Shown piece after piece: positions 10,415 to 21,644 of a stretch of 64,000 bases of DNA. The stretch covers positions 960,001 through 1,024,000 of the forward strand of contig OZ240241.1 of the NCBI GenBank assembly GCA_965198115.1. The letters are read 5' to 3'. A program made the translations under genes and the position numbers. The notes below the pieces were generated by a model, which saw only the letters and a program-made list of their open reading frames with translations, was not told where the DNA came from and made no database searches. Every line of letters begins with the position of its first letter. Positions within the stretch are counted from its first letter, which is position 1. The stretch comes from Candidatus Latescibacterota bacterium. GTDB taxonomy: Bacteria > Latescibacterota > UBA2968.

Positions 10415-11561
10415 ACCGATCGCCGCGAGTATGATCGGGGCCTACGGTGAGTGGGCGGCCGACCTCGTGGGTGATGGTCCCGGCACCCTTTCCTTCCGCC
10501 GCGACGAATTTCAGGACCTCGACGCTTGGAGAGACGTCGCGCGGGGGCGGCTGCAGGCCTGCCTCGCCGCACCTGACGCGGGTGGGTGTCCGTTCGCCGA
10601 AATCGTTGACCGTTCGACCTATGACGGTCTCGTAATCGAGTCACTTCGTTGGCAACTTTCGTATGGACCTGCCACAGAAGCGTATTTCGTCAAACCCGAT
10701 GACGCTGCGGGGCCGTTACCCGGAATTCTGGCGCTCCACGATCACGGAGGCAACAAGTACTTTGGAAAGCGCAAAATCGCGCGATCCAGCGAGGACTGTC
10801 ACCCCCTTATGCTGGAGCACCAGAACCGGTGTTATGGCGGGGTCGCCTGGGCGAACGAGATCGCCAGGTGCGGGTATGGTGTGCTCGTGCCCGATGCTTT
10901 TCCGTTCGCCAGCCGACGCGTGCGCGTCGGGGATGTTTCCGAGCGCATCCGGCGTGGTCTGACGGATAGGGACCCCGAGGAATCCGAGCACATCGAGGAC
11001 TACAACGCCTGGGCCGCCGATCACGAATCGGTGATGGCCAAGTCGCTCTTGTGTGCAGGGACGACGTGGCCCGGTGTTTTCCTGGCCGAAGACCAGCGGG
11101 CACTCGATGTCCTCTGCGCAAGAGACGACATCGATGCCGACCGGGTCGGCTGTGGTGGCTTGTCGGGTGGCGGCATGCGAACGGTCTTCCTCGGTGGGTC
11201 GGATGACCGAATTCGCTGCGCCGTTTGTGTCGGGATGATGACGACGTGGCACGACTACCTGCTCAACAAGGCGCACACCCATACGTGGATGGTATACGTG
11301 CCGCTGCTCCCCCGAGACTTCGATTACCCGGAGATTCTGGGACTTCGCGCGCCACTCCCCACACTGGTCCAGAACGATGAAGAAGACCCGCTATTCACGC
11401 TGCCCGAGATGAAGCGGGCGGACAAGATCCTGGGGGACGTCTACGCGAAGGCTGGTGCGATCGATCGCTATCGGTGCACGTTCTATCCCGGACCCCACAA
11501 GTTCGATTTGCCCATGCAGGCCGAGGCGTTCGCCTGGTTCGACCAGTGGTTGAGGACCTGA
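10407..11561 (+). CDS. Dienelactone hydrolase-like alpha/beta hydrolase
   Basis: 'LHDHGG', nucleophile GLSGGG, 'YPGPHKF'. Confidence 0.85.
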   Translation: MSEPIAASMIGAYGEWAADLVGDGPGTLSFRRDEFQDLDAWRDVARGRLQACLAAPDAGGCPFAEIVDRSTYDGLVIESLRWQLSYGPATEAYFVKPDDAAGPLPGILALHDHGGNKYFGKRKIARSSEDCHPLMLEHQNRCYGGVAWANEIARCGYGVLVPDAFPFASRRVRVGDVSERIRRGLTDRDPEESEHIEDYNAWAADHESVMAKSLLCAGTTWPGVFLAEDQRALDVLCARDDIDADRVGCGGLSGGGMRTVFLGGSDDRIRCAVCVGMMTTWHDYLLNKAHTHTWMVYVPLLPRDFDYPEILGLRAPLPTLVQNDEEDPLFTLPEMKRADKILGDVYAKAGAIDRYRCTFYPGPHKFDLPMQAEAFAWFDQWLRT

Positions 11562-11572
11562 CGGAGGGAACA

Positions 11573-12472
11573 ATGGAAGATACGACCGCCTATAGACGCG
11601 CACCCGTGGGATTCAGCCGTGAGCAATGGGAAGCGTTCATGGAAGAGGGCGTACTGATCATCGAGGACGCGCTTACGGACGAAGAGGTTGAAGGGTATCT
11701 CGACCTGATTGATGAATCCGCCGCCGGCGACGAGGGCTACGACCCGTCCAAATTCTTCGGCCCGAACAACATCGTCGAACGCTACCCGGTCTTTTCGGAA
11801 TTGATCGACCACCCTCGTCACGTCGGGTTCGGCTACGACATCTACGGCGAACAGCTGAAGCTACACATTTCCCAGGTCTTCCTCCGCCCCCGTGACACGA
11901 CGCGGAACAAGTGGCACCCCGACGGCGCCCGGAATGTGCCGTATGGCGTGTTCGCACCCGAGTTGCCACTCCAGATAAAAGTGTCCTATTGGCTGACGGA
12001 CGTACCGGAGCCGAAGATGGGGAATTTCGTCTACATGCCGGGCAGCCACCGCACCCAGGTTCTCGAACACTACGATACACACGACACGGTTCCCGGCGAG
12101 CATATCCTGTGTGTCAAGCGGGGGACAATGACGATCATGCACTGCGGCACCTGGCATCGTGTCGAGCCGAACGAGACCGACACGGTGCGGAAGAACATCT
12201 TTTTGGCCTACTGTCCATCCTGGATCTGCGAGGCCGATCGTCATCAGAGCACCCCCGAATGGCTCGAAACGCTCAATCGTGAGCAGCGCATCATCATGCG
12301 GTCCTACGACTCGGGGTATGCGCGCACGAAACCACCCGCCAGCGAGTTCCCTCTGTTCCTCGATCGAGAAACAGGCGAGGATGCGGATGAAGGTTCGCTC
12401 CAACACGTCAGCCCGCGCCGGCGAAAGCGGATGACGACGATCGAGAAGTGGGGAGTCGGCACGCTTGCTTGA
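11573..12472 (+). CDS. Phytanoyl-CoA dioxygenase (PhyH) family Fe(II)/2OG enzyme
   Basis: WHPD, PGSH, WH motifs; ATG 11573 after GGAGG. Confidence 0.85.
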   Translation: MEDTTAYRRAPVGFSREQWEAFMEEGVLIIEDALTDEEVEGYLDLIDESAAGDEGYDPSKFFGPNNIVERYPVFSELIDHPRHVGFGYDIYGEQLKLHISQVFLRPRDTTRNKWHPDGARNVPYGVFAPELPLQIKVSYWLTDVPEPKMGNFVYMPGSHRTQVLEHYDTHDTVPGEHILCVKRGTMTIMHCGTWHRVEPNETDTVRKNIFLAYCPSWICEADRHQSTPEWLETLNREQRIIMRSYDSGYARTKPPASEFPLFLDRETGEDADEGSLQHVSPRRRKRMTTIEKWGVGTLA

Positions 12473-12483
12473 GAGCCGATACG

Positions 12484-13197
12484 ATGACTGACCTGACCGA
12501 CAAAGTCGCGCTGATCACGGGTGGGGGACGTGGAATAGGTCGAGCGACGGCGCTCAAGCTTGCCGACGCAGGGGTGCGCGTAGCCGTCGCTGCGCGTTCT
12601 GAATCAGAGTTGGCGGAGGTGGTGGAAGAGGTCGAGAGGAACGGAGCACAAGGGATGGCCTGTCCGACCGACGTGACGGCCAAGGCCGGCGTCGATGCCA
12701 CGTGTGCCGCCGTAGTGGAGCGATTCGGCAGAATCGACATTCTCGTGAACAACGCAGGCGTGGCGATTCACAATCCGATCGTGGATGTGCGCGAGGAGGA
12801 CTGGGACGTTAACATCGCCGTCAACCTGAAGGGGACCTTTTTGTGCACACAGGCGGTGTTCGGCCACATGTGCGATCGAGGGAGCGGCCACATCGTCAAC
12901 GTGTCTTCCGTCTCCGGGAATCGCGGGCATCTCCGGGGGGCGGCCTACTGTGCGGCAAAAGCCGGCGTGATCGCCCTGACGGAAACAACCGATGCGGAGG
13001 GGAAACCACACGGGGTCAAGGCGACCGTGATCTGTCCGGGGCCTGTGGATACGCGAATGCGTCGTGAAAACCATCCCGATGACGATTTGTCCAAACTTTC
13101 ACAGCCCGAGGACATCGCTGATGCGATCACCTTCGTGCTGACCCAACCCGATTGCGCCCACACGCTCGAAGTCATCGTGCGGACGCCGCTGATGTAG
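12484..13197 (+). CDS. SDR family oxidoreductase
   Basis: TGGGRGIG, NNAG, YCAAK. Confidence 0.92.
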   Translation: MTDLTDKVALITGGGRGIGRATALKLADAGVRVAVAARSESELAEVVEEVERNGAQGMACPTDVTAKAGVDATCAAVVERFGRIDILVNNAGVAIHNPIVDVREEDWDVNIAVNLKGTFLCTQAVFGHMCDRGSGHIVNVSSVSGNRGHLRGAAYCAAKAGVIALTETTDAEGKPHGVKATVICPGPVDTRMRRENHPDDDLSKLSQPEDIADAITFVLTQPDCAHTLEVIVRTPLM

Positions 13198-13206
13198 GGG
13201 GATGTC

Positions 13207-14151
13207 GTGAAGATACTGGTGACCATCGACTTGGAGTCCAAACATCACGAAAAAATCCAGTCTGCCATGGATGATGTTGAAGTCGTCGTGGCGAAGACGG
13301 CGGAGGAAGCGGAACAACTGATGCCAGAGGCCGATGTGCTGATCGGGGGGTTCAACCTGAATCTCTACCGACGTGCCGAGCGATTGAGATGGGTGCAGTC
13401 GTGGGGGGCCGGTGTGAACGGGATGTTGTTCAAGGAGTTCGTGGACAGCGAGATCAGGTTGACGAGTGCCAAGGGAACGGTCGGTGTCCATCTATCCGAG
13501 CACGCGATGGCTCTGCTGCTGTCGCTGACACGGGGCATCCACACGTCGATTCGGGAAACGACGTGGGACAATCGAATGCCGATCCGTCGGGCCTCCTGGG
13601 AGCTGATTGACAAGACGATGGGCATCGTCGGACTCGGAGGAACTGGGATCGACGTCGCGAAACGCGCTTCCGCGTTCGGCATGCGCATCATCGCTGTTGA
13701 CCCCGAGGAAGTGGATGTGCCCGACTTCGTCGAATGGTGTCGCACTTTGGATGCTTTTCACGACCTCTTACGAGAATCCGACGTGGTGACAGTTTGTGCG
13801 CCCCTTGCCCCAGGATCGGTGGGCATGTTCGACGATGTCGCGTTCGACGCCATGCAGGATCACGCGCTCCTGATCAACGTCACGCGAGGGGGCATTATGG
13901 ACGAGGACGCGTTGGTCGATGCCCTGCAGAATGGGAAGATCGCCGGGGCCGGGCTGGACGTCACGCCTCAGGAGCCTTTGCCGGAGGATCACGTCCTGTG
14001 GAGCATGCAGAACGTCGTGATCACACCCCACACGGCGGGTGGATCACCCAATCGGGATGATCGACTCGTAGATTTGATCTGCGAGAATTTGAGGCGCGAC
14101 GCGGCGGGCAAGCCACTGCTGAGCGAGATCGACAAAACAAAAGGCTACTGA
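13207..14151 (+). CDS. D-2-hydroxyacid dehydrogenase
   Basis: GLGGTG, INVTRG, GLDVT, TPHTAG. Confidence 0.92.
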   Translation: MKILVTIDLESKHHEKIQSAMDDVEVVVAKTAEEAEQLMPEADVLIGGFNLNLYRRAERLRWVQSWGAGVNGMLFKEFVDSEIRLTSAKGTVGVHLSEHAMALLLSLTRGIHTSIRETTWDNRMPIRRASWELIDKTMGIVGLGGTGIDVAKRASAFGMRIIAVDPEEVDVPDFVEWCRTLDAFHDLLRESDVVTVCAPLAPGSVGMFDDVAFDAMQDHALLINVTRGGIMDEDALVDALQNGKIAGAGLDVTPQEPLPEDHVLWSMQNVVITPHTAGGSPNRDDRLVDLICENLRRDAAGKPLLSEIDKTKGY

Positions 14152-14270
14152 GCCGCGATGCACCCTGGATCCAACGTGGATGTAGGATTCTATCCTACAG
14201 GGGCGTAGGTATTTGCCTCAGGTGTTCCACACGAATGACTCTTGGATTTCGTGGGTTTTGTCTTATTTTT

Positions 14271-15690
14271 GGCTATATCTGGATCTCTCAACGAGATGAA
14301 GTGGGTGAAGGTGCCGTGGTTCCTGGCATGGGGGCGCGGTTAGAGTGTGCGGAACCTCTTCGGAATCTGCTCAGGGATGTTTATGTCTCCGACGGTAAGG
14401 AAGATCATATCGTTGAATGCGTCGAGTGTGCGGAATCCGCTGGCTCGGTTCTTGACGATTTGGACGATTCGGTTGAGGCCTTCGGCGATGGCGTTGGTAA
14501 GACGCGTGTTCACGAATGCGAGGACGCCGAAGAAGTGCTGTCGCAGGGTCCTGACGAACTTTCGCAGGGGTTCACGTCGACTTCTGAGTGCGGACGTCGT
14601 CCAGCATTTCAGGAAGCGTTCGGCAGCCCAGGGCGCTTTGTATTCCCAGAACTGCTCGAACTCGTCCTTGAGTCTCCAGGCTCTATAGATTCGGTAGTTC
14701 GCCTTCTCCAGTGCTTTGAGTGTCCGAGTATCCCCTCTGGAGCGTGTCGCTGAGTGCCGGTAGAGGAGCCATCGGAGGCCCTTCATGGCTTTGCGCTCAT
14801 CCGGGGCAGCTTTACGCCACTGGTCCTTACGGACCTCGTCAACGGCGGCATTGAGAGCCTTGACGATGTGAAAGCGATCGAGGACCAGCTTGGCATTCGG
14901 ACAGTGTTCCTGGATGGCTCCGATGTAAGCTTCGCTCATGTCGCAGCAGGCCCACTCGATCTTGGATCTCCGGTAGGGACTGAGAGCCTCTGTGAAGAAC
15001 CGATCGATCGTTTTACGCGCCCTGCCGCGGCCAACCCACACCACGCAGGAGCGGTCCAGATCGTAAACGAGCGTGGCGTACCTGTGACGCTTGGCGTAGG
15101 AGATCTCGTCGATCCCGATGGTTTTGAGCCCTCGGATACGATGACCTTCACGAAGCCGCGTGATGGATCGGTGAAGGAGATCCGACAGCGTCGAGGCAGA
15201 GATGCGCAGTAACTCGGACGCCGCCTTCTGCGTCATGGTCTGGCAGTAGCGCAGCATGGCATACTCGAAGCGATACGTCACCCGAGAGAACCGCTCCGCC
15301 CACGGAATCTCCTCGACCACACGACCGTGGGTAGGACACCGAATCTCCCGAGGATGGTAGAGAAGCCAGACCCTCCACCCGCACACCGGAATGTCACGCC
15401 ACCGACGCGGATGGGGCATTGTGCGGACGATTTTACCTCGACGGCCGCACTCCGGACAACAACAACCATTCTTATGTGGCTTTACGGCGATGACGAAACA
15501 GCTTCTCCCCTCAAACCACCAGCTGACAACACGGAACCCCTTGAATCTCAGCAGTTTCGATAGTAATCTGCTCCCGGTCATAGGTCGCACCCCCTTCGCT
15601 TTGATTGTCCTACACACACAACCAAGCGTAGGGAACGATCTATGACCTTGTCATTCTATAGTTTCACCGTTGAGAAACCCGGATAGAGCC
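14271..15690 (-). mobile_element. ISL3-family IS, copy 1 (1420 bp)
   Basis: IRs GGCTATATCTGGATCTCTCAACG / CGTTGAGAAACCCGGATAGAGCC; flanks ttattttt / ttatttta (near-perfect 8-bp TSD). Confidence 0.95.
14340..15617 (-). CDS. ISL3 transposase (intact; ATG at 15581 is an alternative start)
   Basis: CPECG zinc finger, GIDE, CDMS, DRFHIVK, TNAIAEGLN. Confidence 0.95.
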   Translation of the reverse strand: MCRTIKAKGVRPMTGSRLLSKLLRFKGFRVVSWWFEGRSCFVIAVKPHKNGCCCPECGRRGKIVRTMPHPRRWRDIPVCGWRVWLLYHPREIRCPTHGRVVEEIPWAERFSRVTYRFEYAMLRYCQTMTQKAASELLRISASTLSDLLHRSITRLREGHRIRGLKTIGIDEISYAKRHRYATLVYDLDRSCVVWVGRGRARKTIDRFFTEALSPYRRSKIEWACCDMSEAYIGAIQEHCPNAKLVLDRFHIVKALNAAVDEVRKDQWRKAAPDERKAMKGLRWLLYRHSATRSRGDTRTLKALEKANYRIYRAWRLKDEFEQFWEYKAPWAAERFLKCWTTSALRSRREPLRKFVRTLRQHFFGVLAFVNTRLTNAIAEGLNRIVQIVKNRASGFRTLDAFNDMIFLTVGDINIPEQIPKRFRTL

Positions 15691-15753
15691 TTATTTTAGC
15701 GTTGATCGTGAGTAGAGGATTCTCCAACTCTTGAAGGAGCCCGGGGTTACGCT

Positions 15754-15933
15754 ATGCCTGGAAAGAACCTTGGGGACATCATCGGGAAGGTCATCATCGG
15801 CATAGTCCTGGTCGGCCTGATCGTGATTGTCTACTTCGTTGTGACGGGTCAGTGGGGTGGCAAACGGTTCAGAGGGATAGAGAAGTTCCGAGGCGAGCAG
15901 GCGATCGAAGCTCCGCTCCATAGACTCGCTTAA
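15754..15933 (+). CDS. 59-aa small membrane protein (below ORF-track cutoff)
   Basis: MPGKNLGDIIGKVIIGIVLVGLIVIVYFVVTGQWGGKRF...; AAGGAG upstream; terminator downstream. Confidence 0.6.
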   Translation: MPGKNLGDIIGKVIIGIVLVGLIVIVYFVVTGQWGGKRFRGIEKFRGEQAIEAPLHRLA

Positions 15934-15959
15934 CTCGCACAACGATATCGAATGAATTC

Positions 15960-15991
15960 GGGGATGCCCTTGCGGCATCCCCTGTTTGTTT
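15960..15991 (+). terminator. Rho-independent terminator
   Basis: GGGGATGCC-cttgc-GGCATCCCC followed by TGTTTGTTT. Confidence 0.7.
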
Positions 15992-15994
15992 ACT

Positions 15995-17937
15995 ATGAGT
16001 GTTGCACCGCAGCTCGACCCTGTGAAAGAAAGCACAGGCCGGTCGCCGATCACGTTCTGGTCGCTCAGTTTGGGCGCGGCCCTGACGGTGCTTGCGACGG
16101 TCGCGGGGACGTATGCGCGCTTTATCCTCCACACCACCCGTCTGGATCAGAATCACCTCTCACTCGCCGCGGTTTTCCCGCTCGTCCTGATTTCACTGTT
16201 TCTCGCTCGTCCCCTCCGCCTCAGCCGTGGGGAGCTGATCGTCATCTTTACGATGGCCCTGATCGGCGCGACGATGCCCACGTATTTCATCGGGAAGCTC
16301 GTCGCAAACATTGCCGTTCCCCATTACCTCGCAACGCCGGAGAACCAGTGGCGCGACTACTTCGAGCCGGGTCTCCCGACCTACGCGACGATTCCTCCGG
16401 GTTCGGCGCTGACCTGGTTCTTCGAAGGACTGCCTCGAGGGGCGCCTCTTCCGTGGGGGACGTGGGTCACACCCGTGTTTTGGTGGATCACCGTGATAGC
16501 TGCCTTCTACGGGTGCTGTCTGTTCATCACCGTCATTTTGAGACGTCAGTGGGTGGAAAGCGAGCGCATCGACTATCCGCTGATGGAAATGCCATTGGCC
16601 CTGATGGAGGATCCCGAGCCGAGGGGCTTCTTTCGCATACCGATCATGAACCAGCCGGTGTTCTGGAGTGGTTTTGCCATTTCTTCGATCGTCATCTTTT
16701 GGAATGTCATCTCCTACTTTCAGCCGACCTTTCCGCGCATTCCTTTCAGTCTGGCCAACATCCAGTTCGGGCCGACTTTTCCTGCGATCGGAATCCGGCT
16801 TTACTGGATGGTGGTCGGGTTCGCATACTTCATCAACCTCGACGTATCGCTCAGCATCTGGGTCTTCAATCTGCTCACGAACGTAGAGGTCGGGATCTTT
16901 AGTCGGTTGGGCGGAGATATCGGAGACAACGAGGAATACTCGACTGGACCTTTGGTCATGGGCACGCAGTCCATGGGGGCGTTCCTGGTGGTCGTGGGCA
17001 CGGGGCTGTGGATGGCACGCGGTCATCTCTCTCGAGTCTGGCGGAAGGCGCTTACGGGGGATCCCGGAATCCGTGACGATGACGAAATTGTCAGCTACAG
17101 GACCTGCGTGTTTGGACTGATTCTCTGTGTGGTGTCTGGCACATCGCAACAGGAATGGTCTGGTCGTTTATCCCGCTTTTCCTGCTGGGCTGCCTGGTCA
17201 TGTATCTGGGTATGACCCGCGTGATCGTCGAGACCGGTCTGATCGCGATCCGAGCGCCCCTGATGCCCCAGCCGTTCGGCATGTTCATCACTGGGACGGA
17301 CGTGCTCAGTCGCGACACGATGGTCTCCATTGCCCTGTCGTATTCCTGGTGTTCAGATACCAAGACGACGATCATGCCCGCTCTGGCGCACGGCACGCGG
17401 CTGTTCAGCTCGGAGCGTGTCCACCACCGTAGATATCTTGTAGCCGTGATCGGCGCGATGGCGGTTGGCGTGCTGGCCAGTTTTGCGTTCACGATTTACA
17501 TGGGTTACCTGAACGGCGCGGCCAATTACGGTGGGATCTTCACCGGCGGCCTGGCTCGGTACCCGTGGGACAATCTGGTCAAGAAGGTCAACAGCCCCTT
17601 TACGACGAAGTGGGAGCCGCTGGGCGTGATGGTCGCGGGCGCACTCGTGACGGCCGGACTCATGCTCCTTCGCTACCGGGTTGCGTGGTGGCCGCTCCAC
17701 CCAATCGGGTTTGCGGCAGGCCCCGTGTATCCAGTCAACAGGATCGTCTTCGCGATCTTCATGGGGTGGGCATTCAAGGCCGCGATCCTGAAACTCGGCG
17801 GCGTAAAGTCCTACCGGGACGCACGGCCCTTTTTTATCGGGCTCATTCTGGGACACTTCGTGGGCACGGGTGTCTCCTTCGTGGTCGACATGATCTGGTT
17901 CCACGGCCAGGGCCACAGCATACCCTTCAACGACTGA
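15995..17937 (+). CDS. DUF6785/DUF6784-type multi-pass membrane protein (putative transporter), split by a frameshift near 17130
   Basis: 'LRRQWVESERIDYPL', 'WWPLHPIGF', 'RPFFIGLILG'; ORFs 15986-17215 and 17155-17937 are two halves of one protein. Confidence 0.75.
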
Positions 17938-17944
17938 GGTCATC

Positions 17945-19024
17945 GTGCGTGTCTTGTTCTTCTGGGAACCGGTCGGCGGTCTGACATTGGCACATCCCTG
18001 CAATCCATACGCGGGGCTACTCGAGCGTGAGATGAAGGGGATGGGTATCGAACTGGAACTGGGTGACTACGGCTTCGAAAGGACGTGGCTGGAAGAGAAA
18101 CGTGCCGCCTGCGACGTCTTGCACCTGAACTGGCTGCACGGCTTCTATCGTGAGAAATCGTTGCAAGATTCGCTCGAGCGATGTGCTCGGTTCACCGAGA
18201 ACCTGGCCTACGCCAGGGAACTCGGCTACCGCATCGTCTGGACCCTGCACAACCTCTACCCCCACGAACGACCGTTTCCCGAACTGGACAGAATCGCACG
18301 TCAGGCCGTCTGCGAGGCCGCGGACCACGTGATCGCTCACTGCGAGTATGGGCAGAGGGCGGCCGCTCGTTTCTTTCACCGCACGACGGACATCTCGATT
18401 ATTCCACACGGCCATTTCATCGATGTTTTTCCGAACGATGTGACGAATGCGGAGGCGCGGTCCGACCTTTCGATTCCTGAGAGCGCCTTCGTGTATGTCT
18501 ACTTCGGAAACGCGCGCGCCTACAAGGGCATCGAAGCCCTGATCGAGGCCTTCTTCGAGGCAAGCAACGACGACACTCGTCTGATCCTGATGATGCGGAG
18601 CGCCGTCGACCCGACGTACGCTGAGACCCTTCGTGCGGCTGCGAAGGGCGATGAACGCATCCACATCTACACATCCTCGTTCTTTCCAGAAGCGGACTTT
18701 CAGCGATATCTGAACACCGGAGACGTCGGGGTTTTCCCGTTCTCTGAGGTCATGACCTCTGGCTCGACGATCACGGGATTGGGATTCGCGTTGCCGGCGA
18801 TCGTGCCCCGCCTCGGCTGTCTCACCGAACTGATCGACGACAGCTGTGGCCTCACCTACGATGCGGCGGATCCGAACGGCCTCGCGGAGGCGCTTCGCCA
18901 GATTCGCGATCGCGACATCGACGTGCTCAAACGAGGAGCGCGCGCACGAGCCGAATCCTTCGATTGGCAGTCGATCGCACAGAGGACGGCAGACGTTTAC
19001 AGGGGACGGGTTGCCTCGCCCTGA
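17945..19024 (+). CDS. Glycosyltransferase family 4
   Basis: 'VWTLHNLYPHE', 'FGNARAYKGIE', 'TSGS', 'FDWQSIA'. Confidence 0.85.
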   Translation: MRVLFFWEPVGGLTLAHPCNPYAGLLEREMKGMGIELELGDYGFERTWLEEKRAACDVLHLNWLHGFYREKSLQDSLERCARFTENLAYARELGYRIVWTLHNLYPHERPFPELDRIARQAVCEAADHVIAHCEYGQRAAARFFHRTTDISIIPHGHFIDVFPNDVTNAEARSDLSIPESAFVYVYFGNARAYKGIEALIEAFFEASNDDTRLILMMRSAVDPTYAETLRAAAKGDERIHIYTSSFFPEADFQRYLNTGDVGVFPFSEVMTSGSTITGLGFALPAIVPRLGCLTELIDDSCGLTYDAADPNGLAEALRQIRDRDIDVLKRGARARAESFDWQSIAQRTADVYRGRVASP

Positions 19025-19079
19025 GGCCCGTGTCTATATTGGCGCCGCCCGCAGGCTCAATCCATTCATCCATCGACGC

Positions 19080-20174
19080 ATGAAAATCACGACGATCGAT
19101 CTGACGGCCGTTCACGTAAACCACCGCGGAGACTGGATCTTCGTCAGAGTGAACACGGACGACGGTCTCTATGGGCTCGGAGAGATGCGGTCCGGCCAGA
19201 ACTATGCACCGCAGGTGGCTGCCGTCCGCGCCTACGCCGATTGGCTCGAGGGGCGGAATCCAGAGCGGATCAACCAGCTGACGAAGGGTTGGCCAGACGC
19301 GCGGAAAAACAGGGCCCACACGAGTGCCGTTAGCGCCGTCGAAGCAGCGCTGTGGGACTTGCTCGGAAAGCAGCTCGGGATGCCCGTACACGCTCTGTGG
19401 GGTGGGCGCGTCCGAGACAAGATTCGACTGTATGCAAACATCAACCGGGCGACGACAGACCGCACACCCGAAGGCTTTGCCACGAATGCGGCCGCTGCGG
19501 TCGCCGAAGGGTTCGACGCGGTCAAGCTGGCGCCGTTCGATGGGATGGACCGGGAGATGGACAGTGCGGTCGAGGCGGCCGACGGGATTGCGTGTATGGT
19601 CGCTGTGCGTGAGGCGATCGGCCCCGACATCGACCTGCTGATCGATTGCCACAACCACTTTACCGCGAAGGGATCGCTCGAGGTGGCAGACGCCCTTCGC
19701 GACCTGGACCTGTTCTGGTTCGAACAGCCGACGCCGGAGTCGAACGTCGAATCGGCTGTGGAGGTCAAGACGAAGTGCGGCATGACGCTCGCCGGGGGCG
19801 AACACCGAGCCTTCGGAGATGGATGGACCGATGTGTTCGAGCACGGAACGATGGACGTTGTCATGCCGGACCAATCGGTAATTGGAGGGATGGGGGAGGT
19901 CCGGCGCGTGTCTGAGATGGCGGATGCGTGGGGGATCGCGACGTCACCTCACGGACCGGTCGGTCCCCTGACGATCGCCGCCCACGTTCACTGCGCCGCC
20001 GTCGCACCGAATTTTCTGATCCTCGAATTTGGCTGGGGTGAGATTCCCTGGCGGGCCACACTCACCGAGCCACCGGAAGTCATCGTGAATGGCCGTATCC
20101 CCGTGAACGATCGTCCCGGACTCGGCTACACGCTCAACTCCGACACGGTAGACGAACACAAGGTTAACATCTGA
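19080..20174 (+). CDS. Galactonate dehydratase-like enolase superfamily enzyme
   Basis: 'EAALWDLLGK', 'IRLYANIN', 'IDCHN', 'WFEQP', 'NFLILE'. Confidence 0.88.
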   Translation: MKITTIDLTAVHVNHRGDWIFVRVNTDDGLYGLGEMRSGQNYAPQVAAVRAYADWLEGRNPERINQLTKGWPDARKNRAHTSAVSAVEAALWDLLGKQLGMPVHALWGGRVRDKIRLYANINRATTDRTPEGFATNAAAAVAEGFDAVKLAPFDGMDREMDSAVEAADGIACMVAVREAIGPDIDLLIDCHNHFTAKGSLEVADALRDLDLFWFEQPTPESNVESAVEVKTKCGMTLAGGEHRAFGDGWTDVFEHGTMDVVMPDQSVIGGMGEVRRVSEMADAWGIATSPHGPVGPLTIAAHVHCAAVAPNFLILEFGWGEIPWRATLTEPPEVIVNGRIPVNDRPGLGYTLNSDTVDEHKVNI

Positions 20175-21045
20175 TGGCAGGATCTGGCATGTTCAAGTGT
20201 CTGGCGCCCGGTGCGATCGGCGTCAAAGCTTCGTTGGAGGAAGCGCTTGCGCTCGTGCGCGACAGCGGATTCGAGGGGCTCGACCCCAACGCCGGCGAGA
20301 TCAGGGCTTTGGTGGACGAACGAGGCGCCGACGAGGTTGTGGCGTTGTTCGATTCCCACGGGGTTCGGATTGGGGCGTGGGGATTGGGGGTCGCGTGGAA
20401 CGGGCCCGAGGACGAGTATCGCGAGGGGTTACAGGCGTTGCCGGCGGTTGCGTCGGCGGCGGCGAGCGTCGGAGCGACGCGGGTATCACAGTGGGTGCCA
20501 CCGGCGTCTGACGACCGAAAGTTTCGTGATAATTTTCGATGGCACGTCGAACGTCTGCGGCCGATCGCGGAAGTCCTGAGAGGTGCGGGCTGCTGGTTGG
20601 GATTGGAATTCACGGGCCTCGGACGATACGCGAAGCCAAGGCGTATGGCTTTCTCTACACGCTCGGGGGCATGCTCGCGTTGACGGAGGCGATCGGAACG
20701 GGGAACGTCGGCCTGCTGCTCGACGTCTGGCACTGGTATACGAGTCTCGGAGCGCCATCGGACCTGGCAACGCTGACGGCGGAGGATGTCGTGCACGTCC
20801 ACGTGAACGATGCGCCACGCGACCGGAACTACGACGAACAGATCGACCACGAGCGCGCACTCCCGTCGGAGACAGGGGTGATCGATCTGGTCGGCTTTTT
20901 GAAGGCCCTCGACGGGATGGGCTACGACGGTCCGGTGACGCCCGAACCCTTCAGTGCGCGGGTGAGAGAAATGGATGCGGCGGCCGCGATCGATGAGACG
21001 CACGTGGGGCTCGGCGAGGCGTGGCAGAAGGCGGGTCTGGCGTAG
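20174..21045 (+). CDS. Sugar phosphate isomerase/epimerase (xylose isomerase-like TIM barrel), frameshift near 20617
   Basis: GLEF...LLLDVWHWY...HVHVND...TPEPF; adding one C to ggcc at 20615-20618 restores EFTGPRT. Confidence 0.8.
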
Positions 21046-21054
21046 GAGGTCGTG

Positions 21055-21610
21055 TGGAAACTTTCATTGAGCATACATCGACGACCTGCAGCGCGTGCTC
21101 ACGCACGTCGACCCGACCGAGGTGGCCAAAGTCATCGCGCTGTTTGGTCGCGCGCGCGACACGGGGAATCGCATCTTCGCGATCGGGAACGGGGGGTCGG
21201 CGAGTACGGCTTCACACTTCGTGAACGACATGGGGAAAGGGGCTTCGGTCGGGCGCGATAAGCGGTTCAAAGTCATTCCGTTGACCGACAACGTCGAATG
21301 GATGACGGCTCTCTCGAATGACATCAGCTATGACGATGTCTACGTGGAGCAGTTGAAGAACCACGCGGAGAAGGGCGACGTGCTCCTCGCCATCAGTGGC
21401 AGCGGCAATTCAGAGAACGTCCTTCGCGCCGTGCGATACGCCAACGAGATCGGGTGCACGACGGTCGGATTCACAGGGTTCGGTGGCGGCAAGCTCAAGG
21501 GCCTCGCGCAGGCGTCGATCGTCGCCGACGCGAACCACATGGGTCGGGTCGAAGATCTCCATCTTGTTCTCCAGCATCTCATCTGCTATTACTTTATGGA
21601 TTGCGAGTGA
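21055..21610 (+). CDS. SIS-domain phosphosugar isomerase (GmhA-like), probable frameshift near 21072
   Basis: GNGGSAS, SGSGNS, GFGGGKL, EDLH; the N-terminus VETFIE/YIDDLQ lies in two frames. Confidence 0.85.
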
Positions 21611-21644
21611 CTGCGTCGCACCGCGGGCATCGAGGAGTTGTCGG